Source of the DNA: Macrostomum lignano
Taxonomy: Eukaryota
Length of the DNA: 64,000 nt
Reading direction: 5' to 3'
NCBI GenBank assembly: GCA_002269645.1
Contig: NIVC01000728.1
Coordinates: 124,001 to 188,000 of the forward strand
Below are positions 1 to 20,092 of the stretch, one piece after another; position 1 is the stretch's first letter; each line of letters begins with the position of its first letter. Both the position numbers and the translations under genes were made by a program. The notes beneath the pieces were generated by a model. That model had not been told where the DNA came from and ran no database searches. It was given only the letters and a program-made list of their open reading frames with translations.

Positions 1-1205
1 GAGGCAGGGTGAGGCAGAGTGAGGCAGAGTGATGCAGAGTGAAGCAGAGTGAGGCAGAGTGAGGCAGAGTGAGGCAGAGTGAGGCAGAGTGAGGCAGAGT
101 GAGGCAGAGTGAGGCAGAGTGAGGCAGAGTGAGGCAGAGCGAATAGAGTGAGGCAGGGTGAGGCAGAGTGAGGCAGAGTGATGCAGAGTGAGGCAGAGTG
201 AGGCAGAGTGAGGCAGAGTGAGGCAGAGTGAGGCAGAGTGAGGCAGAGTGAGGCAGAGTGAGGCAGAGTGAGGCAGAGTGAGGCAGAGTGAGGCAGAGTG
301 AGGCAGAGTGAGGCAGAGTGAGGCAGAGTGAGGCAGAGTGAAGCAGAGCGAATAGAGTGAGGCAGGGTGAGGCAGAGTGAGGCAGAGTGAGGCAGAGTGA
401 GGCAGAGTGATGCAGAGTGAGGCAGAGTGATGCAGAGTGAAGCAGAGTGAGGCAGAGTGAGGCAGAGTGAGGCAGAGCGAATAGAGTGAGGCAGGGTGAG
501 GCAGAGTGAGGCAGAGTGAGGCAGAGTGAGGCAGAGTGAGGCAGAGTGAGGCAGAGTGAGGCAGAGTGAGGCAGAGTGAGGCAGAGTGAGGCAGAGTGAG
601 GCAGAGTGAGGCAGAGTGAAGCAGAGCGAATAGAGTGAGGCAGGGTGAGGCAGAGTGAGGCAGAGTGAGGCAGAGTGAGGCAGAGTGAGGCAGAGTGAGG
701 CAGAGTGAGGCAGAGTGAGGCAGAGTGAGGCAGAGTGAGGCAGAGTGAGGCAGAGTGAGGCAGAGTGAGGCAGAGTGAAGCAGAGCGAATAGAGTGAGGC
801 AGGGTGAGGCAGAGTGAGGCAGAGTGAGACAGAGTGAGGCAGAGTGAGGCAGAGTGAGGCAGAGTGAGGCAGAGTGAGGCAGAGTGAGGCAGAGTGATGC
901 AGAGTGAGGCAGAGTGAGGCAGAGTGAGGCAGAGTGAGGCAGAGTGATGCAGAGTGAGGCAGAGTGAGGCAGAGCGAATAGAGTGAGGCAGGGTGAGGCA
1001 GAGTGAGGCAGAGTGAGGCAGAGTGAGGCAGAGTGAGGCAGAGTGAGGCAGAGTGAGGCAGAGTGAGGCAGAGTGAGGCAGAGTGAGGCAGAGTGAGGCA
1101 GAGTGAAGCAGAGCGAATAGAGTGAGGCAGGGTGAGGCAGAGTGAGGCAGAGTGAGGCAGAGCGAATAGAGTGATGCAGAGTGAAGCAGAGTGAGGCAGA
1201 GTGAG
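1..1205. repeat. 10-bp minisatellite (GAGGCAGAGT)n with a recurrent variant block
   Basis: Direct reading; runs off the window start and lies in an intron of the ankyrin gene. Confidence 0.97.
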
Positions 1206-1232
1206 GTAGGTTCAATTCAATTTTTACTCTAG

Positions 1233-9478
<8,246 letters not shown>

Positions 9479-10195
9479 GCTCGAAATTCTCAATATTCGA
9501 GATAAGCATTGAAATTGCGTACATGTCCCCGAAGTCTACTGACAGTAGAAATACCCGAGTATTATCAATATTTTAACTGGTTAAGTATAATTTTAACACC
9601 TAGTTAACCTGCTTGTAGATAGAGCCTAGGGTGCTGCCATACGTGTTAATAATAGCTATTGACCTTGTAATTCCATGGGTAAGGAAGCTTATTGAAATTG
9701 TGTAAACATTTTTAGTAATTTTCATCGCTTTCTCTTTTTAGAAAACGTAGCCCTACGAGCTCGCTTTAAACAACGTGTCAGAATTCAGAAACTGAGCAAA
9801 ACACATAAATGACCTTTGTTTTTTTGCTTTACAAAAACTGTCATTTATCAGGGTGCCCTGTGTTGCGCGCATTGTCATTTGATTCTTTCTCTCTGCGATA
9901 AATTATCGACCAACTTCTAAACTTTTTTTATAGTTTTGAGAAGCAACCGACTTTGTACGTGAAAAAATGCCCAGTGATCTCTGAATTTGAATGTGCGATC
10001 AATCAATTAAAATAAATATATATATCATTTGCTGTCTGTTGCTGGTCAATTACGGCAGACCTAATGAGTAGTGATGAAAGTGCATGCTACACTTTTTAAA
10101 GAAAAATAGCTCAATTATTTAGCTGACTGAATTAAACTGGTACTGTAGTCTGAAGACAATTAATTCATCGTTATTTTAGTACTTTAAAACGTTAT

Positions 10196-10590
10196 ATGAG
10201 TCTTCCTGCACTCAGTCAGCACAGATTCGGGCAGACTAAAGGAACATGTCTTCCTGAACTCAGTCAGCACAGATTCGGGCAGACTAAAGGAACATGTCTT
10301 CCTGAACTCAGTCAGCACAGATTCGGGCAGACTAAAGGAACATGTCTTCCTGCACTCAGTCAGCACAGATTCGGGCAGACTAAAGGAACATGTCTTCCTG
10401 AACTCAGTCAGCACAGATTCGGGCAGACTAAAGGAACATGTCTTCCTGAACTCAGTCAGCACAGATTCGGGCAGACTAAAGGAACATGTCTTCCTGAACT
10501 CAGTCAGCACAGATTCGGGCAGGCTAAAGGAACATGTCTTCCTGCACTCAGTCAGCACAGATTCGGGCAGGCTAAAGGAACATGTCTTTC
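10196..10590. repeat. 48-bp tandem repeat (about 8 copies) overlapping the F-box stop codon
   Basis: Unit TCTTCCTGAACTCAGTCAGCACAGATTCGGGCAGACTAAAGGAACATG. Confidence 0.95.
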
Positions 10591-11692
10591 AGCACGTGAT
10601 CCAGCTGCCACCGCAGCATGGCTGTCCAGTCCTCTCTGCAGTTCGGCTGTCCTACCAGCCAAGCGTGGCCTTCAAGGTCGTCCAGACCAGCTCGTCGCAC
10701 CAGATGCCGAGCATCGGATCCGCTCTGGTACTTCGATTCGCCGACTATTGCCAGCAGCAGCGGCACTGGGTGCCGAGGTCGTCGACCTGGAACGGCGGCA
10801 AAGGGCGCCATGACCCGCCTGACAAGCTTGTCCAGTTTGTGTCGCTGAAGTTGGTTCGGCAGCAGCAGCAGCTGGACGGCGTGACACTCGGCCAGTAGAC
10901 GACGAGCTTCCCGACTGAGCTCGTTGATGGCGCCATCAGCAGCATCTGGGTTGGCATACGAACTCAGGAAGTCGGACAGCGCTACTCGGTTGCTGAACCA
11001 GCGATAGCGTCGGATGTCGGCCTGAGTTTCGCCGGGGTTTGAATTAGCCACGATGCTGTAGGCCACGCGGGTTAGCAGGGGGTCTGAAAAGGAAAAATAA
11101 TTTCGACAGATTTATCGTACAGAACAAAACACTGCATCTGTTGCAGTGGGTCACGCGCAGACTCCGAGTCTCAAGCCTCACCAACGCTGCAGCAGGCGTA
11201 GACGGTCTGGAGTTCAACAGTCGCACCACATCCGGCCGCATCAGCCAGTGACAGGCGCCCCTCAGGCAGAGTGGCGAACAGGCCCGGGTCCTCAGCCAGG
11301 GTGAGCACCTCCACGCCACGGATGTCCATGTGCAGGTAGCCCTGTCGCCTCGCTCGAGCCAAGCTGTCCACCAGCTGACGGCAGTCCGCCTCAGTTCCGG
11401 CCGCTCGCAGCTCCTCGCCAGTCAGCAGGAAGTCCAAGCCGCAGGAGCAGCAGAAGCCTGCGCCGCCCTGTGCCAGACTGTGCCCGCTGAGCGCCTGCCA
11501 GCCCCGGCTATCGATGAGGCGCAGGAGGCTGCGTCTTCGCGCGTAGGATAAAAAAAAGTGCGCCGAGCCGATCACGGATTCGAACTCGCGACTGGCGGCT
11601 GCGCAGGCCAGCAGGTCGGAGACTGCTGTCAGGCGCAGGAAAATCTTCGCCAGCAGCTCCGGGGGCAGCCTGGGCAAGCCGCTATTCGGCAT
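10572..11692 (-). CDS. F-box protein, 340 aa, 2 exons; C-terminal domain possibly FBXO4-like
   Basis: Exons 11692-11182 and 11083-10572 (phase 1; GTGAGG donor, ttttcag acceptor). N-terminal F-box motif LPRLPPELLAKIFLRLTAVSDLLACAAASREF. Confidence 0.8.
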
Positions 11693-11907
11693 GTTGGTCA
11701 ATCCAATCTGTTGACTCAAGTCCGACTGCAGTCGCGGCAGCTCATTATTTATTGCATGCCCGACCGTTCATCATTTTTGTTCTTTTTAATGAGCTCGACT
11801 CTCGAGTTGCGATTTTGTTTTACTGCTCATACTGCTTGTCGTTTGGGGAACGGATTTGGGAGGAGAAGTGAGTCTGAGCCTTACTAGGCCTCGGATGATT
11901 TACCGCT

Positions 11908-12045
11908 TCCTATATACTAAAAATGAGTTGTCTGTATGTGGGTAGGTATGCGATAGATTTCAGAAAAAATGGCTCAACCGATTTTCTTCAAACTGAGTGC
12001 ACTAATTTTGGTAAGGTAGCAGTGGCGTCGGTTCTCAAGCCATGA
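11908..12045 (+). mobile_element. Possible 5' end of a Helitron/HINE-like non-autonomous element preceding the 17-bp array
   Basis: TCCTATATACTAAAAATG...GTCTGTATGT...GGCTCAACCGATTTT resembles 5' termini of DINE-1/Helitron-like elements. No 3' hairpin/CTAG end found. Confidence 0.3.
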
Positions 12046-12046
12046 T

Positions 12047-14853
12047 AGTGTCACTGACTTGACTGTGTCACTGACTTGATTGTGTCACTGACATGATTGT
12101 GTCACTGACTTGATATTGTCACTGACTTGATATTGTCACTGACTTGATATTGTCACTGACTTGATATTATCACTGACTTGATATTGTCACTGACTTGATA
12201 TATTCACTGACTTGATTGTGTCACTGACTTGATATTGTCACTGACTTGATATTGTCACTGACTTGATTGTGTCACTGACTTGATTGTGTCACTGACTTGA
12301 TATTGTCACTGACTTGATATTGTCACTGACTTGATATTGTCACTGACTTGATTGTGTCACTGACTTGATTGTGTCACTGACTTGATATTGTCACTGACTT
12401 GATATTGTCACTGACTTGATATTGTCACTGACTTGATTGTGTCACTGACTTGATATTGTCACTGACTTGATTGTGTCACTGACTTGATATTGTCACTGAC
12501 TTGATTGTATCACTGACTTGATATTGTCACTGACTTGATATTGTCACTGACTTGATATTGTCACTGACTTGATATTGTCACTGACTTGATATTGTCACTG
12601 ACTTGATATTGTCACTGACTTGATTGTGTCACTGACTTGATTGTGTCACTGACTTGATATTGTCACTGACTTGATATTGTCACTGACTTGATATTGTCAC
12701 TGACTTGATTGTGTCACTGATTTGATTGTCACTGACTTGATATTGTCACTGACTTGATATTGTCACTGACTTGATATTGTCACTGACTTGATATTGTCAC
12801 TGACTTGATATTGTCACTGACTTGATATTGTCACTGACTTGATATTGTCACTGACTTGATATTGTCACTGACTTGATTGTGTCACTGACTTGATATTGTC
12901 ACTGACTTGATATTGTCACTGACTTGATATTGTCACTGACTTGATTTTGTTACTGACTTGATATTGTCACTGACTTGATATTGTCACTGACTTGATATTG
13001 TCACTGACTTGATATTGTCACTGACTTGATATTGTCACTGACTTGATATTGTCACTGACTTGATATTGTCACTGACTTGATTGTGTCACTGACTTGATTG
13101 TGTCACTGACTTGATATTGTCACTGACTTGATTTTGTTACTGACTTGATATTGTCACTGACTTGATATTGTCACTGACTTGATATTGTCACTGACTTGAT
13201 ATTGTCACTGACTTGATATTGTCACTGACTTGATAGTGTCACTGACTTGATTGTGTCACTGACTTGATATTGTCACTGACTTGATATTGTCACTGACTTG
13301 ATATTGTCACTGACTTGATATTGTCACTGACTTGATATTGTCACTGACTTGATATTGTCACTGACTTGATTGTGTCACTGACTTGATATTGTCACTGACT
13401 TGATATTGTCACTGACTTGATTGTGTCACTGACTTGATTGTGTCACTGACTTGATATTGTCACTGACTTGATTGTGTCACTGAATTGATATTGTCACTGA
13501 CTTGATATTGTCACTGACTTGATATTGTCACTGACTTGATTGTGTCACTGACTTGATTGTGTCACTGACTTGATATTGTCACTGACTTGATATTGTCACT
13601 GACTTGATATTGTCACTGACTTGATTGTGTCACTGACTTGATATTGTCACTGACTTGATTGTGTCACTGACTTGATATTGTCACTGACTTGATTGTATCA
13701 CTGACTTGATATTGTCACTGACTTGATATTGTCACTGACTTGATATTGTCACTGACTTGATATTGTCACTGACTTGATATTGTCACTGACTTGATATTGT
13801 CACTGACTTGATAGTGTCACTGACTTGATATTGTCACTGACTTGATTGTGTCACTGACTTGATTGTGTCACTGACTTGATATTGTCACTGACTTGATTTT
13901 GTTACTGACTTGATATTGTCACTGACTTGATATTGTCACTGACTTGATATTGTCACTGACTTGATAGTGTCACTGACTTGATAGTGTCACTGACTTGATT
14001 GTGTCACTGACTTGATATTGTCACTGACTTGATATTGTCACTGACTTGATATTGTCACTGACTTGATATTGTCACTGACTTGATATTGTCACTGACTTGA
14101 TATTGTCACTGACTTGATATTGTCACTGACTTGATATTGTCACTGACTTGATATTGTCACTGACTTGATATTGTCACTGACTTGATATTGTCAATGACTT
14201 GATTGTGTCCTTTAACTTGATTGTGTCACTGACTTGATTGTGTTCACTGAATTGATAGTGTCACTGACTTGATTGTGTCACTGACTTGATATTGTCACTG
14301 ACTTGATAGTGTCACTGACTTGATTGTGTCACTGACTTGATATTGTCACTGACTTAATATTGTCACTGACTTGATATTGTCACTGACTTGATAGTGTCAC
14401 TGACTTGATATTGTCACTGACTTAATATTGTCACTGATTTGATATTGTCACTGACTTGATTGTGTCACTGACTTGATATTGTCACTGACTTGATAGTGTA
14501 CTGACTTGATATTGTCACTGACTTGATAGTGTCACTGACTTGATTGTGTCACTGACTTGATATTGTCACTGACTTGATTTTGTTACTGACTTGATATTGT
14601 CACTGACTTGATATTGTCACTGACTTGATATTGTCACTGACTTGATATTGTCACTGACTTGATATTGTCACTGACTTGATTGTGTCACTGACTTGATTGT
14701 GTTCACTGACTTGATATTGTCACTGACTTGATATTGTTACTGACTTGATATTGTCACTGACTTGATTGTGTTCACTGACTTGATATTGTCACTGACTTGA
14801 TATTGTCACTGACTTGACTGTGTCACTGACTTGACTGTGTCACTGAATTGATT
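12047..14853. repeat. 17-bp minisatellite, 2.8 kb, two interspersed variants (TCACTGACTTGATATTG / TCACTGACTTGATTGTG)
   Basis: Direct reading; intergenic. Confidence 0.98.
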
Positions 14854-15489
14854 GTGCGCGTCATTCTTACTGTCTTACAAGTGCTACTCTGTCACCAACA
14901 TGGAAGTAACAAATTAACCCAATCTATTAGAAAATTCATATTTAATTGGTAACATATTTCAATTTGTTCTACTAACACATAACGCATAGAAATATTTTGT
15001 ATGCAATAAAATAATAATTTAATTTGCACGATTTATATGAGTAGTGCGTAGCGAATATAAAGGTAAAATTCACGAGATCAAGAGGGATGACACTGCTTCA
15101 AAATAAAATTTTTACAAACATTAAGTGAGAATTTTCTTTGGTTTCCTATGACACCCGGTGGGAGCTGTGTGCATGAGTGCGTGCCGGTGTACAGTATTGG
15201 CGCGCTTGTATGCTCAAGAGTTGCGTCAGCGTTGGCTGTGGGAGGATTTCGCCGAAGGCGTTGCGTCAGGGTGCCAACAGCCAGCCCTACTGTAATTATG
15301 GGTATTGTAAACCCCTTCGCTTTGAAGTGAATTTTTCTATAGATAAGAACTTTAAATTTTATTGCACTAAGTTAACAAATTCATGGTTTAATCCCCTTCC
15401 GCATGTCGTTTTTTAAGGGCCATGAGGATTTCCCGCGGGGGTTTCCAGTCGGAATTTCAAGTCAAATCCAATCGGATTTGAAATCGCTA

Positions 15490-16140
15490 GTCTAGTCTAC
15501 TCGTAGTTCTAATCTAGTCTACTCGTAGTTCTCTCATCTAGTCTACTCGTAGTTCTCTAATCTAGTCTACTCGTAGTTCTCTCATCTAGTCTACTCGTAG
15601 TTCTCTAATCTAGTCTACTCGTAGTTCTCTCATCTAGTCTACTCGTAGTTCTCTCATCTAGTCTACTCGTAGTTCTAATCTAGTCTACTCATAGTTCTAA
15701 TCTAGTCTACTCGTAGTTCTCTAATCTAGTCTACTCGTAGTTCTCTAATCTAGTCTACTCGTAGTTCTAATCTAGTCTACTCGTAGTTCTCTAATCTAGT
15801 CTACTCGTAGTTCTCTCATCTAGTCTACTCGTAGTTCTAATCTAGTCTACTCATAGTTCTAATCTAGTCTACTCGTAGTTCTCTAATCTAGTCTACTCGT
15901 AGTTCTCTAATCTAGTCTACTCGTAGTTCTCTCATCTAGTCTACTCGTAGTTCTAATCTAGTCCACCCATAGTTCTAATCTAGTCTTCTCGTAGTTCTAA
16001 TCTAGTCCACCCATAGTTCTAATCTAGTCTAGTCTAGTTCTAATCTAGTCTAGTGTAGTTCTAATCTAGTCTAGTGTAGTTCTAATCTAGTCTAGTGTAG
16101 TTCTAATCTAGTCTAGCGTAGTTCTAATCTAGTCTAGTCA
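15490..16140. repeat. 22/24-bp minisatellite CTAGTCTACTCGTAGTTCT(CT)AAT
   Basis: Direct reading. Confidence 0.93.
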
Positions 16141-16494
16141 AGTTCTAAACCTCGGGAAAACCTCGGGAAAACCTCGCTGCAGAAAAGCTTCCTGTGGAAA
16201 ATTTTCGTGTCTAGTTTTTTGAAGCCATGGTGTGTATTGACTGACTGCGAACTTGGAGCAACACTATTGAAGTCTGGCGAACTAACTGGGTTCAAACAAA
16301 ACTACTCTGGTTTGTCTATGGTAAAAAGCTGTTTTGACATGGCGCATCGAAAATTAAGAAAAAATCTCTACTTTGCTTTGGTTCTCGCTTATTAGTAGTG
16401 ATTGACACATCTACAAGTAGTTATATAGTAGTATAGTAGTACATTCCGACATTCCCAGCATATTAATAAATCGAGTTTCCACTTCACCAATTAA

Positions 16495-19411
16495 TCAGAC
16501 AAAACAGAGAAGGCGAAGAGCCAGCGGCACCGAAACCAGCGACATCAGCAGCGTCAGGACATTCGAACCTCGGAGTCGGAGAACTCCGCTAGAAGGCAGA
16601 GGCTGCCCCGCCGTCGCCGCTGGAACCTGCTGACTTCGGCGACTGCCTTCATCTCGACCTTCGTCTCCGGCCACTTCAAAACTCGAAGCGCCGATGTCGT
16701 CTTCCTCTCCAAAAGCGGCATTGTCCTTCAGGACACCAACGTCGCTGCTACCGCTTCTGCCGCTGCCGCCGTCGCCGCCGCCGCCTCGACCTCTGCCGTC
16801 GCCGGTCAGCCAATGAACGGCCAGGCCCAGCGGCCAGTTGGCCGAGTGGCCATCGATTTTGTCCGTGACGAACAGTCGCTGCTCCGGCGGGAAACCGTAG
16901 CCTTTGGACAGCAGGTTGGAGATGTGCACCAGGCCGATACAGGCATAGGGCGCGTACCGTCCAGTGCTGACTGGGCTGGCGCAGGCCGTCCGGGCAGCCG
17001 AGATCAGGTACGCTACGCTCAGGTTGGCAGGCACTGGCTGGGCGGCACTCGGCCACCGAGAGTAGTACGTGTTGGCCGAGTAGTAAAACGAGGAGACGGC
17101 CACGAACCGCTCCGAGATCGGCACGGGCAGCCTGGGAGTGGCCGAAGGAACCTCAAGCTATTATCGACTGTCTCACCTGTGCTCTCCCCTTATCTTATCT
17201 ATAAATCAGTCTCACCTGTGCTCCCCCCTTATCTTATCTATAAATCAGTCTCACCTGCGCTCCCCCTTATCTATAAATCAGTCTCAACTGTGCACCTCCC
17301 TTATCTATAAATCAGTCTCAACTGTGCACCCCCCTTATCTATAAATCAGTCTCACCTGTGCTCCCCCCTTATCTTATCTATAAATCAGTCTCAACTGTGC
17401 TCCTCCCTTATCTATAAATCAGTCTCAACTGTGCACCTCCCTTATCTATAAATCAGTCTCACCTGTGCACCCCCCTTATCTATAAATCAGTCTCACCTGC
17501 GCTCCCCCTTATCTATAAATCAGTCTCACCTGTGCACCCTGGCAGCCTGCAGCCGGTGCTCGTGCTGCTGTGAGCACAGGTCGTACCTTTCAGCGTCGTC
17601 AACCTGACTGTCGCCCTGCACCACAACCGTGATGGCACCGAAGCTGAAGTTGGCCGAGAAATTCGCCGCCAGGCAGGGCGTCACAAAGTGTCCATCGCCG
17701 CTATCCTCGCTGTGCCCGAGCAGGTCGAGCGTCACCTGAAATTGTCGGGGAAATTTTTTCGAAAACAATACAATACGCATTCACGCTACTGTAAGTAGCT
17801 AGAATTATAATGCTTAGATTTTTTAATAAACGTTATTTTGAAATGCTAAATTATCAATAAAATCTGCATCGCGGAGCAAATGTCTCAAATGTGTCACCAA
17901 AATCTGCCTCGCCTGGTTTCACAATAATTAGCCTCAACTGTGTCACAATAATTAGACTAAATTGTGTCACAATAATTAGCCTCAACTGTGTCACAATTAT
18001 TAGCCTCACCTGGTGTCACAATAATTAGCCCCCACCTGTGTCACAATAATTAGCCTCACCTGTGTCACAATAATTAGCCCCCACCTGTGTCACAATAATT
18101 AGCCTCACCTGTGCCACAATAATTAGCTGCATTTGTGCCACAATAATTAGCTGCATTTGTGTCACAATAATTACCTGATTACATATTATAATTAACCCTC
18201 TAAACGCACCTTGGACATGCCCAGAGTCTGGTAGCTATGCTGATGCAGCACGAACACTCTTCCCCCAGCGTCCGAAAATTCGCCACAAACTCATCGGACA
18301 TGGCCGGCCATTCCGGCTGGAAAACGATCTGCGTTGACCCGCCGCCCATGTCCAACAGTCCGTAGGTGTTGCCATGGCGACCCAGCGAATTCATGAGAAA
18401 GTTCACAGCCAGCCAGCCGTACAGAGCCTCCTCAGTGCCCGTCAGCACTCGGGCCGACACCGAACCCAGCCTCCCGCCCTTGCCTGCCGCGTCTGACAGC
18501 GCCCGCTTCGCCGCCTTCAACAGCCGCAGCTGGTCGGAGCGCTGAAGGCTGCGCAGGCCGGCCGTGGCCGCCAGGACCGCCTGTGGCGGCGGCGCCTCCG
18601 CTGGCACCCGCTCGCTGGCGAAGGCCAACAGCGGCGCCAGGTTGCCGGCCACCCGCTGGGGGAAATGGCGATAAGCGGACAGGCCCGGCCGGACGCTCTC
18701 GTAGTCTAGGCGGACCAGGCGGAGGCCGGCCGAGTGGCTGGGATCCGGCCGGAAGTGCATCACGTTGATCCGGGTGCCGGTGCTTCCGGCATCGAGTACC
18801 AACAGGTATTTGTCAGCAGCAGCGTTCGGTTGCTGCGTCGGTTGCTTGGCGGACTGTGTCGGTTGCTGGGTGGATGAAGTCGGTTGCTGGGTGGAATTCG
18901 GCGGTTGTTGGGCGGATGAAGTCGGTTGCTGGGCGGAATTCGGAGGTTGCTGGGTGGAATTCGGCGGTTGCTGGGTGGAATTCGGCGGTTGCTGGGTGGA
19001 ATTCGGCGGTTCCTGGGTGGAATTCGGCGGTTGCTGGGCGGATGAAGTCGGTTGCTGGGCGGATGAAGTTGGTTGCTGGGTGGATGAAGTCGGTTGCTGG
19101 GCGGATGAAGTTGGTTGCTGGGTGGAATTCGGCGGTTGCTGGGCGGATGAAGTCGGTTGCTGGGCGGATGAAGTTGGTTGCTGGGTGGATGAAGTCGGTT
19201 GCTGGGTGGATGAAGTCGGTTGCTGGGTGGATGAAGTCGGTTGCTGGGTGGATGAAGTCGGTTGCAGTGTGATATTCCGGTCAAATGTTTTCAGCAGTTT
19301 GCCATCTGATGGAGATGCCGGCTGAGACCCCCCAAACACTGATCCACCACCGAGGCTCAAGAGAAATAGAAAGCAGATCATCTGCTGGCCTCCAACAATA
19401 TTGGTTACCAT
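16495..19411 (-). CDS. GDA1/CD39-family NTPDase (apyrase) with N-terminal repeat stalk; 1-nt frameshift in the sequence as given
   Basis: Exons 19411-18210, 17735-17530, 17131-16495. Apyrase conserved regions DAGSTG, ATAGLR, TEEALYGWLAVN, DMGGGS, WPLG. Hydrophobic N- and C-termini. The HSY motif is in frame only if the C5 run at 18262-18266 is C6. Confidence 0.9.
17168..17537. repeat. 33-38-bp minisatellite containing the NTPDase intron-2 donor in most units
   Basis: Unit TATAAATCAGTCTCACCTGTGCACCCCCTTATC; the minus strand reads CAG|GTGAGA. Confidence 0.93.
17915..18175. repeat. 24-bp minisatellite AATTAGCCTCACCTGTGTCACAAT
   Basis: Direct reading; NTPDase intron 1. Confidence 0.9.
18830..19268 (-). 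repeat. 21-bp coding repeat (about 20 x QQPTSST/QQPPNST) in the NTPDase N-terminus
   Basis: In frame between the signal peptide and ACR1. Confidence 0.92.
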
Positions 19412-19694
19412 GGAGACGCTGTTAAGTTAATTGCAGGTAATTTCGTCGAAAATTTCTCTAACTGTTGCACTCGAAAATCTTCGACAGCAATGAATGCTTT
19501 TTTATTGAGAGAATGCAATTGTGGAAATATTTTCTGCGAGCTTCTGGTTGTTTGGCCGTCTGCTTTTTGCAAATGAAGAAGACTTTGGGGCTGTTCGCGT
19601 ATTTCCCTGCCACCGCATGGCTCTCAGGGAAGGATATGGGAATTATTTGTACAGTTTTAGCCTCCCAAAAAACAAAAAAAACTGCCGAGAAAAA

Positions 19695-19822
19695 ACCGCG
19701 CATGCGGCCTGCTGGTTCGAGGGGAATTGTGGTTGGGCAGGCAGGCAGCTGCCGGTGTCGAAAGCTTTGGCGCAACCGCAGTTTACCCTGCGGAATATCC
19801 GGGCGGGTAGATTGATTGGCCC
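19695..19822 (-). promoter_or_regulatory. Probable NTPDase promoter elements (NRF1-like CGCGCATGCG, CCAAT box)
   Basis: CGCGCATGCG near 19698 and GATTGG (CCAATC on minus) near 19814, 300-400 bp upstream of the ATG. Motif matches only. Confidence 0.3.
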
Positions 19823-20092
19823 AGATAAACTGCAGAATAAGTGCGCCTGCTGCAGCCAAGGTTTTGATATTTTAGAGGGGAAATGGGATCGCACTTTGAT
19901 TCAGTGCGTGTCTGACGCCACCGAGGAGGGGAGGAGATTTGACCTAAAATTTTTGTTAAATACCAAAAACTGAGGAGCTCACCAGGGGTTAATTGAACAC
20001 GGGAGTTGAAAAAATCTTGCAGCTGTGATTGACAGCACAGTTGGCAGGTGGCTTCTTGATGTGGCCGCTGCGGACAGTGTCCTCTTTATCGC

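Noticed and set aside
15424-16180. Weak inverted repeats (GAGGATTTCCCG / CGGGAAAACCTC) around the 22/24-bp array
   Set aside because: Too short and degenerate, and no TSD, so not called a MITE.
19458-19973. Several 80-150 aa ORFs on both strands
   Set aside because: No recognisable motif, no clean splice partners, and the region has promoter-like motifs just upstream of the NTPDase.
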